IMG/VR virus record: IMGVR_UViG_3300017766_005064
Location: 1 to 25,093 of that record
DNA: 25,093 nucleotides
Direction: 5' to 3' (one strand)
From: a virus
Lineage: Duplodnaviria; Caudoviricetes
This document shows, piece by piece, positions 24,429 to 25,093 of the stretch. Each line of letters begins with the position of its first letter. The stretch's first letter is position 1. The translations under genes were made by a program, and so were the position numbers. The notes under the pieces were generated by a model that was given only the letters and a program-made list of their open reading frames with translations, did not search any database and was not told where the DNA came from.

Positions 24429-25093
24429 TTATATTTCTCCAAACAATACATCCCATTTTTTTCCAGAATTGCAGAGCAAGTATCTACAAAATCTCCACAA
24501 CACATATAGGTCATTTTACCAAATTTACGAATATTTGCATGATGAATATGTCCACAGATCACACCAGAATACTTCTTATCTCTTTGGGCACAATATGATG
24601 CAATATCTGTCTCATATTGATTGATATAATTTTTTCCTCTTACACTATTTTTTAAAGCATAAACTAAAGAAAAATTAAAAAATCTTTCTAAAAATAAACT
24701 TAAAGGTGTAATCAACTCATATCCTTTATTAAAGATTAATTGCTTCCAAGATCCAGAAGAATATTCTGAGTGCTTGTCTCCATGAAAACAAAGAAACTTA
24801 TTACCTTGAGAATCTTTATGAACATACTCATCTACCATTTTAAAATTCTTGTGCTCAAAATCACAATAGCGACGAATTTGTCCTTCGTGATTTCCAAGAA
24901 TATAAATGATTTCCGTTCCTTTCTTTGCAAGATTTAAAAGTTGATGAACACATTCAGTATGTTCCTTTTGCCAACGAGTATTATATTTTTCCATACAGTA
25001 GATGTCAATAATATCACCTACCATTACTAGTTTTTTAGTTTTGAGTTCTTTCAGAAACTTTAAAAACTTTTCAGTATTACATCTAGGTGTTCC
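24425..25093 (-). CDS. Calcineurin-like metallophosphoesterase, LpxH/YbbF-like (5' end beyond right edge)
   Basis: Frame open to the edge (GTPRCNTEKFLKFL...VMVGDIID); GNHE, HGD and CGHIH motifs; first DxH motif lies outside the window. Confidence 0.85.
   Translation of the reverse strand, partial: GTPRCNTEKFLKFLKELKTKKLVMVGDIIDIYCMEKYNTRWQKEHTECVHQLLNLAKKGTEIIYILGNHEGQIRRYCDFEHKNFKMVDEYVHKDSQGNKFLCFHGDKHSEYSSGSWKQLIFNKGYELITPLSLFLERFFNFSLVYALKNSVRGKNYINQYETDIASYCAQRDKKYSGVICGHIHHANIRKFGKMTYMCCGDFVDTCSAILEKNGMYCLEKYK

Noticed and set aside
11525-24624. All plus-strand track ORFs in the right half (e.g. 11880-12341, 14532-14789, 21242-21511)
   Set aside because: Completely overlap well-supported minus-strand genes
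1-25093. tRNA genes, introns/inteins, stop codon reassignment
   Set aside because: No gap large enough with a cloverleaf; core genes have expected lengths; TAA, TAG and TGA all terminate recognisable genes

Overview
AT-rich segment of a T4-like myovirus genome whose gene content and order fit a cyanomyophage (Kyanoviridae-like; a freshwater origin is a guess). Left part (1-10770): virion module with two tandem, mutually similar tape-measure-like proteins carrying peptidoglycan hydrolase domains (the first is truncated at the left edge and missing from the ORF track), gp51, gp26, a tail-tube-fold gp54-like gene, and divergently gp4, gp2-like, gp48 and gp53. Middle (10798-19156, minus strand): gp32, DUF1825-like, gp59, a frameshifted 2OG-Fe(II) oxygenase, gp33, exonuclease, phoH, thyX, speD, glutaredoxin and hypotheticals. 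Right (19175-25093): tightly packed small ORFs, an HNH endonuclease and a truncated LpxH/YbbF-like metallophosphoesterase. T4-type late promoters (NATAAATA), near-consensus sigma70 promoters and two intrinsic terminators are visible. The most notable observation is a T-TTT-TTC slippery heptamer at the end of gp26 that places gp51 in the open -1 frame, followed by a 13-bp long-range helix, all between a tail-tube-fold gene and tape-measure-like genes, i.e. the lambda G/GT tail-chaperone frameshift layout. All product calls come from motif recognition and synteny, not from database searches.
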